Source: an uncultured virus (IMG/VR IMGVR_UViG_3300028646_000003) (taxonomy: Duplodnaviria; Heunggongvirae; Uroviricota; Caudoviricetes). From it: a DNA stretch of 20,000 nt. The notes under the pieces are model-generated. The model made no database searches, was not told the origin of the DNA, and was given only the letters and a program-made list of their open reading frames with translations. The position numbers were made by a program, and so were the translations under genes. The stretch lies in the IMG/VR virus record IMGVR_UViG_3300028646_000003, positions 110,086 to 130,085 of that record, one strand, 5' to 3'. Below are positions 1 to 9,054 of this stretch, one piece after another. How positions within the stretch are numbered: position 1 is the stretch's first letter; every line of letters begins with the position of its first letter.

Positions 1-493
1 CTTCTAATTCTGATTTTCTTATACCTTCAGCAATTTCTTCTTTTCTTGCTCTTATATATAATTCCACTTTTTCGGCAATAAGATATTTGTTAGTATTTTT
101 CAAATAAACTAATAATGATAAGAAAGAGTCTATTGTTGACATTTTATCTATTTGAGTTATCTTTGTTAATATTGTGTCATTAGGTTGTAGGATCATTCTT
201 TCTATTTCATCTCTTGAATAAGAGTTTTTGTCTTTATTAACGTCTATTCTTAATTGTTTATAGGCTTGGTCTTCAATATTTGGTGAGAATCTAATAGCTT
301 GATTCTTGAAGTTTTCTGATTTCATATTAGCTTTCATAATATCTTTCCATAGTACAGATACATAATATGGTTCTCCATCAATCTTAGGAGGTAATTCATA
401 TCCTGCGTCTAAAGGATTTTCACTTGCTATAAATGTTTTATAATCATAATCGTGGTATACATCCACATAGTCTATTTCTTTTATCATTTCCAT
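1..493 (-). CDS. Hypothetical phage protein downstream of the major capsid gene (partial, runs off the window)
   Basis: Hand translation: ATG at 493 with upstream AAGGAGAG RBS; open frame MEMIKEIDYVDVYHDYDYKTFIASENPLDAGYELPPKIDGEPYYVSVLWKDIMK...IRARKEEIAEGIRKSELE to position 1. Absent from the ORF track because its stop is outside the window. Confidence 0.8.
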   Translation of the reverse strand, partial: MEMIKEIDYVDVYHDYDYKTFIASENPLDAGYELPPKIDGEPYYVSVLWKDIMKANMKSENFKNQAIRFSPNIEDQAYKQLRIDVNKDKNSYSRDEIERMILQPNDTILTKITQIDKMSTIDSFLSLLVYLKNTNKYLIAEKVELYIRARKEEIAEGIRKSELE

Positions 494-531
494 AATTATC
501 TCTCCTTGAATTTTATATTATTTATTTTATT

Positions 532-562
532 AAGAAAGGGCATGTAAATTAATACACACCCT
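532..562 (-). terminator. Intrinsic terminator after the major capsid gene
   Basis: Minus strand AGGGTGTGTA-ttaatt-TACATGCCCT followed by TTCTT, about 10 nt after the MCP stop. Confidence 0.65.
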
Positions 563-572
563 AATGTTATAA

Positions 573-1613
573 CTAAGAAATAGTTATTTTTGAAATGTAT
601 TGAGTATCAGTTACACAAATTCCAAATTCAACTCCAGAGAATTTGAATGAAATCTTTTCACCATTGTTTTCTTCAGTAGTTCTAGTAAACATTTGTCCTT
701 TTGTATACATTTCTCCAATTGTTCCTGAAAAACCAAATACTCTATTTTCTGGTAATAATGTTTGATCGTCTCCTGTTTTCTTACCTTTTAATACTGGAAC
801 TAACTTACAACCATTTAATACTTGTAGTAATGATAAATCATTTAATGTTCCTTTCATTGTTTCAGAATAGAAATCAGCACCGATGGCTCTGCACATTTCT
901 CTTATTCTGTTAGATAATCCAACAATTAATGGTTCTTTACCTGTAACTGCATTATCATATGTATAATCAGTTAAGCTTTGAGTAGCACCAGCAGTCCATG
1001 CACCAGTAACACCAAATACTTGAGTTCCACCAGTGATTAATTTATCTACATAGCTTAATATTGCTTTAAATTTTTGTTTGTCAAATTCTTCAATAGCATA
1101 CATAGCTAAAGTTGCTACTCCAACTGCACCGTCTCTTCTTAAATTAGACATTGGGATTTCAGTTTCGATTTGTAAAACTGTTTCCATTGTGTTTCCTTCT
1201 GCTACATCTAGGTAAGATTTATCTACGTTACCTGTTCTGTTAGCAACTTGTCTTGCAACTAATGTATTCTTTGGTGATTTTCTAATTCTAACCATATCAA
1301 ATTCGCCATAAGAACCCTTATCTGTTAAGAATTGAGTTAATACTTCATTTGGTACTTCAAATATAATTGGTTCAATTATATCTACAACTATTTGTGCAAT
1401 ACTTTCTCTAGCTTCTGTTTTACCATATTTCCAAGCATCATTTACCATTGTATTAACTACTTGTGAAAATGCTTCTTCGTCTTCTGATAATACTATATCC
1501 TTTTCTCTTAATACATTTTTAGAATATACATTTTTAGCCCATTGATATGCTTCTCCACTTTTAAATCTTTTTACTACTTCTTCTTCGCTTAATTCTATGT
1601 TTCTGTTTATCAT
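573..1613 (-). CDS. Major capsid protein (probable)
   Basis: 346 aa; position after portal, protease/scaffold and decoration genes; strong RBS (GAAGGAA); downstream terminator. Assigned from synteny and size. Confidence 0.75.
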   Translation of the reverse strand: MINRNIELSEEEVVKRFKSGEAYQWAKNVYSKNVLREKDIVLSEDEEAFSQVVNTMVNDAWKYGKTEARESIAQIVVDIIEPIIFEVPNEVLTQFLTDKGSYGEFDMVRIRKSPKNTLVARQVANRTGNVDKSYLDVAEGNTMETVLQIETEIPMSNLRRDGAVGVATLAMYAIEEFDKQKFKAILSYVDKLITGGTQVFGVTGAWTAGATQSLTDYTYDNAVTGKEPLIVGLSNRIREMCRAIGADFYSETMKGTLNDLSLLQVLNGCKLVPVLKGKKTGDDQTLLPENRVFGFSGTIGEMYTKGQMFTRTTEENNGEKISFKFSGVEFGICVTDTQYISKITIS

Positions 1614-1648
1614 AATTAATATTCCTTCTTTCTTTTATTATTTTTTTA

Positions 1649-2110
1649 TTAAACTAATCTAAATCCTAATAATTTGTGTCCATTGTCATAAATCCAACCA
1701 AGGCTATAAAAAGCAGAACCAGTAGTTCCTTTTGCTAATTCTCCATTTACAACAGTTAATAAAGAACCTTCAACCACATCAGCATCAACTAATGCAGAAG
1801 CAAATAATTCTGTTGCATATCTTTCTCCTTTTTGAATTGTTTCAACTCCAGCGTATGCACCTGTTAAAACAAGATCTTGAGAAGTAGAATAATCTGAAAC
1901 TGGCATACCCATTGCTACATCTACATCAACAACTACATCTCTTGTTAAAATTCCTACAACATTTGCGTCTGCAACTGCTTTTATCAATGTTGTGATTTTA
2001 TTAGTGGCATCATAACTCTCGTTTACGAATGTCCCCCTTTTCATATCAACCTTTACTGTGTTTTGAGCATTAAATACTTTTCCTGAGTTTACTTGTAATC
2101 TTCTATACAT
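1649..2110 (-). CDS. Head decoration / capsid-associated protein (probable)
   Basis: 153 aa, rich in Gly/Val/Ala, between scaffold and MCP; shares an identical 30-bp translation-initiation region with MCP. Confidence 0.6.
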   Translation of the reverse strand: MYRRLQVNSGKVFNAQNTVKVDMKRGTFVNESYDATNKITTLIKAVADANVVGILTRDVVVDVDVAMGMPVSDYSTSQDLVLTGAYAGVETIQKGERYATELFASALVDADVVEGSLLTVVNGELAKGTTGSAFYSLGWIYDNGHKLLGFRLV

Positions 2111-2168
2111 ATTAATATTCCTTCTTTCTTTTATTATTTTAATTTATTATTTAATTAATTTAAATTAA

Positions 2169-3752
2169 TTATCTTTTAATATTTCTTCTAGCATAATTTA
2201 ATAATGCAGAACTTGAATTTTCATACTTATAGTTTGTATTTGCGTTTAAATCAGTAGAAACTTCTACTTCTTTTTCACTTGTTTCAACTTCTGCTTTTTC
2301 TTCTTTAGTAGTTATTTCTACTTTTGAAGCTTGTTCAACAACTCTTTCAGCTATTAGACATTTAATTTGTTTTTCGTCTAAATTTGAAATTGCTTCTTTA
2401 ATTGCTTCTGAATTCTCAATATCTTCTTCTGTAAAATATTTACTAGATAAAGCCATTTTCTTTAAGTTTTCTTTTTTTTCTGCAATTTCGGCTTCTAATT
2501 TCTTTGCATCAGCTTCAGCCTTTTCAATTCTAAGTGGTTCTAATTCAGCTATAGCCTTTTCTTTTTCTGCAATAGTTTCTTGTTGACTTGTAATTGTCTC
2601 ACCAAGTTTCACAATTTCATCTATTTTTGTAGAAAGTTCCTCGTTCTTAGTTGATAATTCATCATTAACACCATTTAATTGTGCTTGAATTTCTTGAATT
2701 TGTTCATCAATTTGAACTGATGGAACAAAAGTCATTTTAACTGGTGTTTGGCTTGTAATAGATATACTTTCATCTGAATTAACAGTGTAAGCATATTCTA
2801 TAAAGTCATCTTCGCTCTCTGCATTCCAATCATACCCTACTGCTCTAAATTCATACGGATATACTCTTGATATGCAAATCCATTTGTTTGTGTCTATTGA
2901 ATTAATAGCAACTCTTAATTTATCATATAAATCATTTGTTGTTATAGATGACACTTCTGTTTTGTTTTTATTTTCTGCCATATCGACAATTCCTCCTTTT
3001 TCTTCTATGTTTTCGTTTAATTTATTTTCAACTGATTTTTCATCAGACTGAATGCTTGTTTCTATGTTTTCTTGGTTCTCTGATATTTGTTCAAAACTAT
3101 TGATTTCACTTAAATCGTTTATAAATGCTTCTGCAAATTCGTCTTCTTGTTGTGTTTCTTCGGCAACTTCTAACATACCACTACAATCATATGCAGGACT
3201 TGTATATTTAGAAAGCAACGCATGTCCTATAAAAATACCATCGTTAATAACTTTAACTTGTTTTCCACCTATTGCATTTATATTACTATTTACAATTGAT
3301 ATTTCCCAAGATGTATTTAATGGTTCATCACTATCAAATCTATCTTGTATTATTTTGCAACAATTTTCAAACCTACGCCAAACTCTACAATTAGCTGTAA
3401 TATATTCTACCTCATCAATAGTTTCAATTTGAACAGTATCAAATACTCCAAAGGCATCAGTTCCAAACTTTAATTTTTCTTGAAGTTGTCCATTAATTAA
3501 CTCATAAACTTTTTTTGCTTGATGTGAAGTAAAATCCAACTCATCATCCTTATTTGGTTTTATTAATCCAACTAGTGGCTTCATTACTAAAGTATTTAAC
3601 CAATTTTCTATAGTATCTCTATTTAACATTACATTATTTCTATTGGGATCAAAATTACATATAATGAATTTTACATTCATATATGAATCATCTTGAGATT
3701 CTGATATTTCTATTTTGTTATTACTATATAAAATTATTTTATCTTCGTCCAA
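2169..3752 (-). CDS. Prohead protease / scaffold fusion protein
   Basis: 527 aa, TTG start with AAGGTGGTGA RBS. N-terminal globular domain (NRNNV..., TSHQ, TSWEI, FIGHALL) fits a phage maturation protease; C-terminus is an acidic E/K-rich coiled coil; follows portal. Confidence 0.7.
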   Translation of the reverse strand: MDEDKIILYSNNKIEISESQDDSYMNVKFIICNFDPNRNNVMLNRDTIENWLNTLVMKPLVGLIKPNKDDELDFTSHQAKKVYELINGQLQEKLKFGTDAFGVFDTVQIETIDEVEYITANCRVWRRFENCCKIIQDRFDSDEPLNTSWEISIVNSNINAIGGKQVKVINDGIFIGHALLSKYTSPAYDCSGMLEVAEETQQEDEFAEAFINDLSEINSFEQISENQENIETSIQSDEKSVENKLNENIEEKGGIVDMAENKNKTEVSSITTNDLYDKLRVAINSIDTNKWICISRVYPYEFRAVGYDWNAESEDDFIEYAYTVNSDESISITSQTPVKMTFVPSVQIDEQIQEIQAQLNGVNDELSTKNEELSTKIDEIVKLGETITSQQETIAEKEKAIAELEPLRIEKAEADAKKLEAEIAEKKENLKKMALSSKYFTEEDIENSEAIKEAISNLDEKQIKCLIAERVVEQASKVEITTKEEKAEVETSEKEVEVSTDLNANTNYKYENSSSALLNYARRNIKR

Positions 3753-3773
3753 TCTATATCACCACCTTTCAAA

Positions 3774-5522
3774 TCATACTTTTAATGCTTCTTTTCGTGA
3801 TTGATCTGATTCTTGCTTATCTATATTTTCATTTTTTTTACTATTATTCTTATTGGTATTAGAATCTAGATTATTATGTGTTACCGTGTCTCCGTCTTTT
3901 CCCGATGTTGTGAAAGATGTTATATGAGGACTCATAATATCATCAGTAGTCATTTCTACGCCATCTATTGTTACTTTATTTTCTTTTACACGTTTATTAA
4001 TTTCAATTTCAGGATTTAATCCTAGCATTGTCAAAATAGTATCGTAGCTTAATCCAATTTTTGAGTACATAGTTTCTACTAACCTTAATAATGTTTCTAA
4101 ATCCAGCAACTTAGTAGATTCAATAGTTATAGTAGGTGAATATTCCAAAGGAAAACCATTTTCTTCACATACCAACTGATAGTATTTATTAAGGATTGGT
4201 TCTAAACTCTTAGTTATTCTATTAACCATTTTTAATAGTTCGTCATAGTTTATTTTAGTAGTTGTTATAGATTTAGAACCTTCTGAACTAATAAATGATA
4301 TTCCTAATGCTTCTAATATTCTTAACTTATAACCTGATTTAGTTTTTTCATCAGTCAACTCAGTTTTAGGTTCAATCAATTTTAAATCTTGTACTTGTGG
4401 GTCAGCAGTATATATAATAGTATCTTTTGACATAGCTTCAAGTAAACTCACATGTGCATGACCTATCATATTAATGGCATTTGGCTTTTCCATTAATTCT
4501 TTTTCAGTTAATTGCAAATAAATCTTTTTAGTCTTTTGAATTAATACTTTTTGGTCACTTTTATCAACCGTTTCCAACATTAATTGAGGTTGTAGTGCTT
4601 TAAATATAGGTGTTAATCCATATAGCCCTTTTAAATTATTTATCCTATTTAATCCTATTTTTTGTGGATTTAATAAAGCATATTGGTCTTTCCCTTTATA
4701 AGCGTCATATATTTCAGTAGGATAACATTTTTTAACTTCGTCTTCTATTGTTTTTTCAATATCAATAAGTTTATTTGTTTTTAATCTTCCATATTTTGTT
4801 CTACTCTCTTGTAACCTTGATGATAATTCAGTAACATTAAAAGACACTACTGGGTCGTCATCAATTCTCATTGGTGTGATTTCAGTAATATCCATTGGAT
4901 AATTTACTATAGAATAACCATTTTCACTATCACCCATTAAATAGAATATAAAATTACCTTCTGTATATGTAATAACTGCATTATCGGCTATTAACTTAGG
5001 TATATTAATTTGTTTATTAAACTTTTCTATTACTACTTTTAATTCGTCTTCCATTTTTTGTTCTTTTTTTAGTTTAGTACCTTTTTTACTGCTAGGAGAT
5101 GGATAATCAATTTTGTAATTTATGTTTATATTATTTTCTATAGTTTCAACCACTCTACCAATTAAATCTTCTTTGTTTATGTAATATTTAACTATTCCGT
5201 TTATTTTCTTTATTTTATCTATACTAGTTTGAGTGTTCTGTGCTAATGAGGATAATTCGTCCATAGTTGTAACATAAGATGATGTATTTTTATCTAATAC
5301 AGTACTATAAATATTACTTAATCTTTGTGCATCATATGTAGCTTGTTGTATGTAGTTTGGATCAAAATAATCTTTAGTAGTAGATGTTTCTATATCTGAT
5401 AAGATGTAATTCCCACCGATATTAGACACTTGTTTTGTTTCGCCTTCTGATAGAACTGGTATAGTTAAATCTATCTTTTGTAGTTGAGGGATTGGGATTT
5501 CTGTAGATTGTTTTTTTGTCAA
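3774..5522 (-). CDS. Portal protein (probable)
   Basis: 582 aa, TTG start with AAAGGAGG RBS, directly after terL; YGLTPIFKAL segment resembles portal YG.SP motifs. Confidence 0.75.
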   Translation of the reverse strand: MTKKQSTEIPIPQLQKIDLTIPVLSEGETKQVSNIGGNYILSDIETSTTKDYFDPNYIQQATYDAQRLSNIYSTVLDKNTSSYVTTMDELSSLAQNTQTSIDKIKKINGIVKYYINKEDLIGRVVETIENNININYKIDYPSPSSKKGTKLKKEQKMEDELKVVIEKFNKQINIPKLIADNAVITYTEGNFIFYLMGDSENGYSIVNYPMDITEITPMRIDDDPVVSFNVTELSSRLQESRTKYGRLKTNKLIDIEKTIEDEVKKCYPTEIYDAYKGKDQYALLNPQKIGLNRINNLKGLYGLTPIFKALQPQLMLETVDKSDQKVLIQKTKKIYLQLTEKELMEKPNAINMIGHAHVSLLEAMSKDTIIYTADPQVQDLKLIEPKTELTDEKTKSGYKLRILEALGISFISSEGSKSITTTKINYDELLKMVNRITKSLEPILNKYYQLVCEENGFPLEYSPTITIESTKLLDLETLLRLVETMYSKIGLSYDTILTMLGLNPEIEINKRVKENKVTIDGVEMTTDDIMSPHITSFTTSGKDGDTVTHNNLDSNTNKNNSKKNENIDKQESDQSRKEALKV

Positions 5523-5547
5523 TCGGATTCCTCCTTTCTTGCTTTAA

Positions 5548-7442
5548 TTATATAGAATTGAAATTTACTGATGAAACAAATGTTGGTGCTGTTGACCAAT
5601 CAACTTGTGGTGCTTGCTTATTAACTATTCCGTCACGTCTAAGGTTTTTTAAATGCCAAGCTAACATTACCATTGTGTAAGCTCTATCATCATGCATTTT
5701 ACTCTTTTTATCAGGAGGCAGTTCATATTTATAATTTATATCATCACCTTGTCTTCTTATTGCAATTAATTCTTCTTTTGCGTTATCAATTTGCTTTAAT
5801 GCCAATTCTTCGTCCCAAGATAGATTGTATTGTTTATAATCTATTGATTTTACCTTTTTCTTTTCATTCGTATCCTCATCAATTTCTTCAATCTCTTTTC
5901 CTTCCTGTGGTAGACTTAAGTACCCTTTCATATCATAATTATCTGTAAATTCAATTAGTCCTAAATTTAATAATTCTACAAAATCATCATACATTTCTGT
6001 TTTATATTTTTTAGGTGATACTAATTTTAATTTTCCTACTGCATTCGGATAAGAATTTACATGTTCAGCACAGGCTTCTTTATCAATTAATCCCCTATGT
6101 TTATTTCCTTGTTCATCTTCCCAGTCGTCCATAAAATAATCTGCGATTATCGGACCACCACCTCCTGAACCAGCATCAACTAGTAAACAATCTATATTCT
6201 CATAATCAGCCTTGCCTTTTCCGTTATAATTTATTAGCATTTGTTTTATCTCTTTAATTTGTTCTGGCGTTCTCATTGGAGTTTTTTTCTTTTTCCCTAA
6301 ATCCACAAGACTTACACAGTTTTGAATTATTAATTTCCATCCAACTTGTTCATCATATATATATTCTCCTACTGATGTCGCTGAATTATCATAATCATGT
6401 GCTGGATCATATGAAATTGCAATGTGTCTTTTTATATTTCCTTCATTAATTAATAATGGTTTTCTAACTGATGAATTTTTCATAATTACTGCACGTTTTA
6501 TAGGTTGTTTATTTCCACCATCAGCATCAAAACGATTAAAATATTCTCGATTTGCTTTCTCTGAGTTTGACCTTATTTCATCATCAACTTTAGATTGTGA
6601 TAACAATGGTATATTTAATTTTTTACCTTTTAATGTAGCTCCTATTATAACCTCACAATTTAAGTCAGCTACAAAATGGTCTTTACTTCCTGCAAACATT
6701 AACTTTGCCCACTCTTTATATAATGTATAAAATGCAGAATCCGTACTACTAGCAGATGAACAAAACAATAATTGATTAGGAATATTCATCGGTATAGTTT
6801 CGGTGTTTATACCACCACCTAACTTAAACGACGAATCCTGTGTACAAAATGATTTTGTAACTGAAATATAGTTTTCACTTATGAAACCACTTTCATCATA
6901 CAAATTTAAATTTGATCTTTTCCCTCTAATATTATCTTCTTCCCCAGAAACAGTAGTAACTTGACTGTTGTTAAATAGCTTACATCTAAATCCTTGAGGA
7001 GAGTGAACAAATCCATCATGGTTAGCACTTGCAGAAACTTCTCCTAAAAATATATCTGTTAATCCACAAAAAGATTCTATTTGTTTTTTTGCTATTGACT
7101 CCATTTTAAGTTGTCAAAGAAAGGTATCTTGGCTTTGACTTGCGGTTAATGAAAGTATAAAGCTTTGAAAGTTTGGAAATAACATCATTTTTGTCATTAT
7201 AAATGGAGAACTTAAAGTTGATTTACTCAGCCTCCATTACGAGACATCAACCATAATGCAAATTGTTTGCTCCATGATTCTTGAAATGTATATTTTTGAT
7301 AATCCATAAGTTCAAGTCCCAACACTAATTCTGCGAACTTTACAGGATTTCTTCTTCCCCATACAAGTATTTCATTGTATTTTAAATAACCTTCTAACTT
7401 TTTTTGAGTCAAATTACCTTTATTTATAATTGTGATACCCAT
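5548..7442 (-). CDS. terL: Terminase large subunit, interrupted twice by short TGA-led inserts (7225-7229 and 7108-7116); reconstructed about 626 aa
   Basis: Segment 1 (7442-7230) ends LMSRNGG. Segment 2 (7224-7117, different frame) reads KSTLSSPFIMTKMMLFPNFQSFILSLTASQSQDTFL. Segment 3 (7107-5548) reads KMESIAKK...IRGKRSNLNLYDESGF (Walker B)...YDPAHDYDNS...VDAGSGGGG...HDDRAY (nuclease). Joining restores Walker A SRNGGKST. Confidence 0.9.
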
Positions 7443-7493
7443 AATGAATTTAATTCACCTCCTTCTTATATCAATAAAGTTTGCTTAAACGCA

Positions 7494-7517
7494 ACAAAAG
7501 ACATGTTACCATGCCTT
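7494..7517 (-). terminator. Terminator-like hairpin between terS and terL
   Basis: Minus strand AAGGCATG-GTAA-CATGTCTT then TTGTTG (GNRA loop, short U tract). Confidence 0.45.
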
Positions 7518-7633
7518 CAGTTATTGAAACATATTTTTTTATTTAAATGCCTATTCACTATTATTATTATTATTATCATTTAATAACAATCTTAATTTAT
7601 CTCTACTAATACCCACTAATTTTGAAGCTTCGC

Positions 7634-9007
7634 TTATTCACTTATAACACTATTCAATATTTTTTGTTTTTCAATTTCTTTTTTATTTTTAATAACCTTA
7701 TCAATATGCTCCATAGTGTCAATAGGTACTATTTCCTCAACCATATTATTAAAACTTATTTGGTCTTCTTTATAATTCTGCTTTTGAATAGAGTCTTGTC
7801 CATCCTTTATGTCTCCGTAGTCCAAAACATCATAATAATCTGTTTCTAAAACATCTTGTTTATAATCTACATCATTGAAAGAGCAAATCGCCTTTAATTT
7901 TCTATTTTCTTCTCTTAATTTACTGTATTCTTGTTCATAAAAATTTATTTTTTCGTTTTGGAATTTTACCATATCTATTAAATCATCATCGCCAAAATTA
8001 AGATTTTCTACAATTGCTTTTGCGGATAATCTTGCTGTTTGTAACATACCATTAGAAGTCTGAATATCAAATAAATTAACTTGTGCTTCTTTTAAATCTA
8101 TTTCTTTTAACTTTTTAACCATGCCCGTTAATGTATTTGCACCGATTGTTTTATGACCACTATATAAATCACTAATCTTATTGTCTTTCGCTAAAGCCAA
8201 TAAACTTTTATTTAGTTTTTCTTTAGTGTCGGTTAAGCTTTTAATAGTTCCAATATTGTCTTTTATACTTTTTATATCAGAACTTAAATTTGTTATAACA
8301 TCATTTATTTTATTTTCTTGATTTTGACCTTTTATAATACTTATTATTGCACTATTTTTAAGCTCATCATTTTGACTATCTTCATCTAGCATATTTATCA
8401 ACTTGGCATACATTTTTGATTTATCTTCTTCTATTTCATTCTGAAAAGGATCATATCCGATTATTCTAATAATATCTTCTTTATTTTGTTTATCTCTTAC
8501 TCGTTGTTCAATTTCTTCGTCAGTAAACTCTTTAGGCTTAGATATAATTAAGCTATTTTCTTTTTCTTTGGTAGTATCATCCTCAACAATACTCATTCCT
8601 AAATCAATTTTATCTCCATGTTCAAAAGCATAACCTTTATAATTTTTAAGAGAATTTATTGTTTTTATGTATTTTTTCCATACTTCTAATCCATTTTGTA
8701 CTATAGTGAAATCTTTATTCCATCCTGCTTCTGTTAATGAACTATTGTATATTCCTTCGAGATATACAAAATCCAATAACTCACATATTTTATATATTGA
8801 TATTTTTATATCATTAGTTTCTTCTAAAAGTGATACATAAAAATTAGTTAAACAATCTTTACATAAAGATACTCTTCCAGTATAAGTATGTAATTTTGAA
8901 CTCGATGTGTAAAAATTATTTGTATTACTAAGTATTGTTCCACACTTAGTACATCTAGTTTTCCCTTTCATCTGCTCATCTAAATCTTTTGTCTTAAAAT
9001 CTGCCAT
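7634..9007 (-). CDS. Terminase small subunit-like protein with N-terminal Zn finger (probable)
   Basis: 457 aa with CTKC...CKDC at the N-terminus and a helical/coiled-coil body; immediately upstream of terL, as in SPbeta-like phages. Confidence 0.55.
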   Translation of the reverse strand: MADFKTKDLDEQMKGKTRCTKCGTILSNTNNFYTSSSKLHTYTGRVSLCKDCLTNFYVSLLEETNDIKISIYKICELLDFVYLEGIYNSSLTEAGWNKDFTIVQNGLEVWKKYIKTINSLKNYKGYAFEHGDKIDLGMSIVEDDTTKEKENSLIISKPKEFTDEEIEQRVRDKQNKEDIIRIIGYDPFQNEIEEDKSKMYAKLINMLDEDSQNDELKNSAIISIIKGQNQENKINDVITNLSSDIKSIKDNIGTIKSLTDTKEKLNKSLLALAKDNKISDLYSGHKTIGANTLTGMVKKLKEIDLKEAQVNLFDIQTSNGMLQTARLSAKAIVENLNFGDDDLIDMVKFQNEKINFYEQEYSKLREENRKLKAICSFNDVDYKQDVLETDYYDVLDYGDIKDGQDSIQKQNYKEDQISFNNMVEEIVPIDTMEHIDKVIKNKKEIEKQKILNSVISE

Positions 9008-9054
9008 TATATTTTCACCTACTTAATTTTTTACATAATAAAAAGTCACCAAAA

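Noticed and set aside
7105..7229. Group I/II intron or intein between the two tracked terL ORFs
   Set aside because: The gap is itself 36 codons of terminase sequence (KSTL...DTFL); the extra sequence is only 5 and 9 nt, far too short for a ribozyme or intein
7559..7580. (TTA)n microsatellite between terS and terL
   Set aside because: Short low-complexity run in AT-rich intergenic DNA with no evident function
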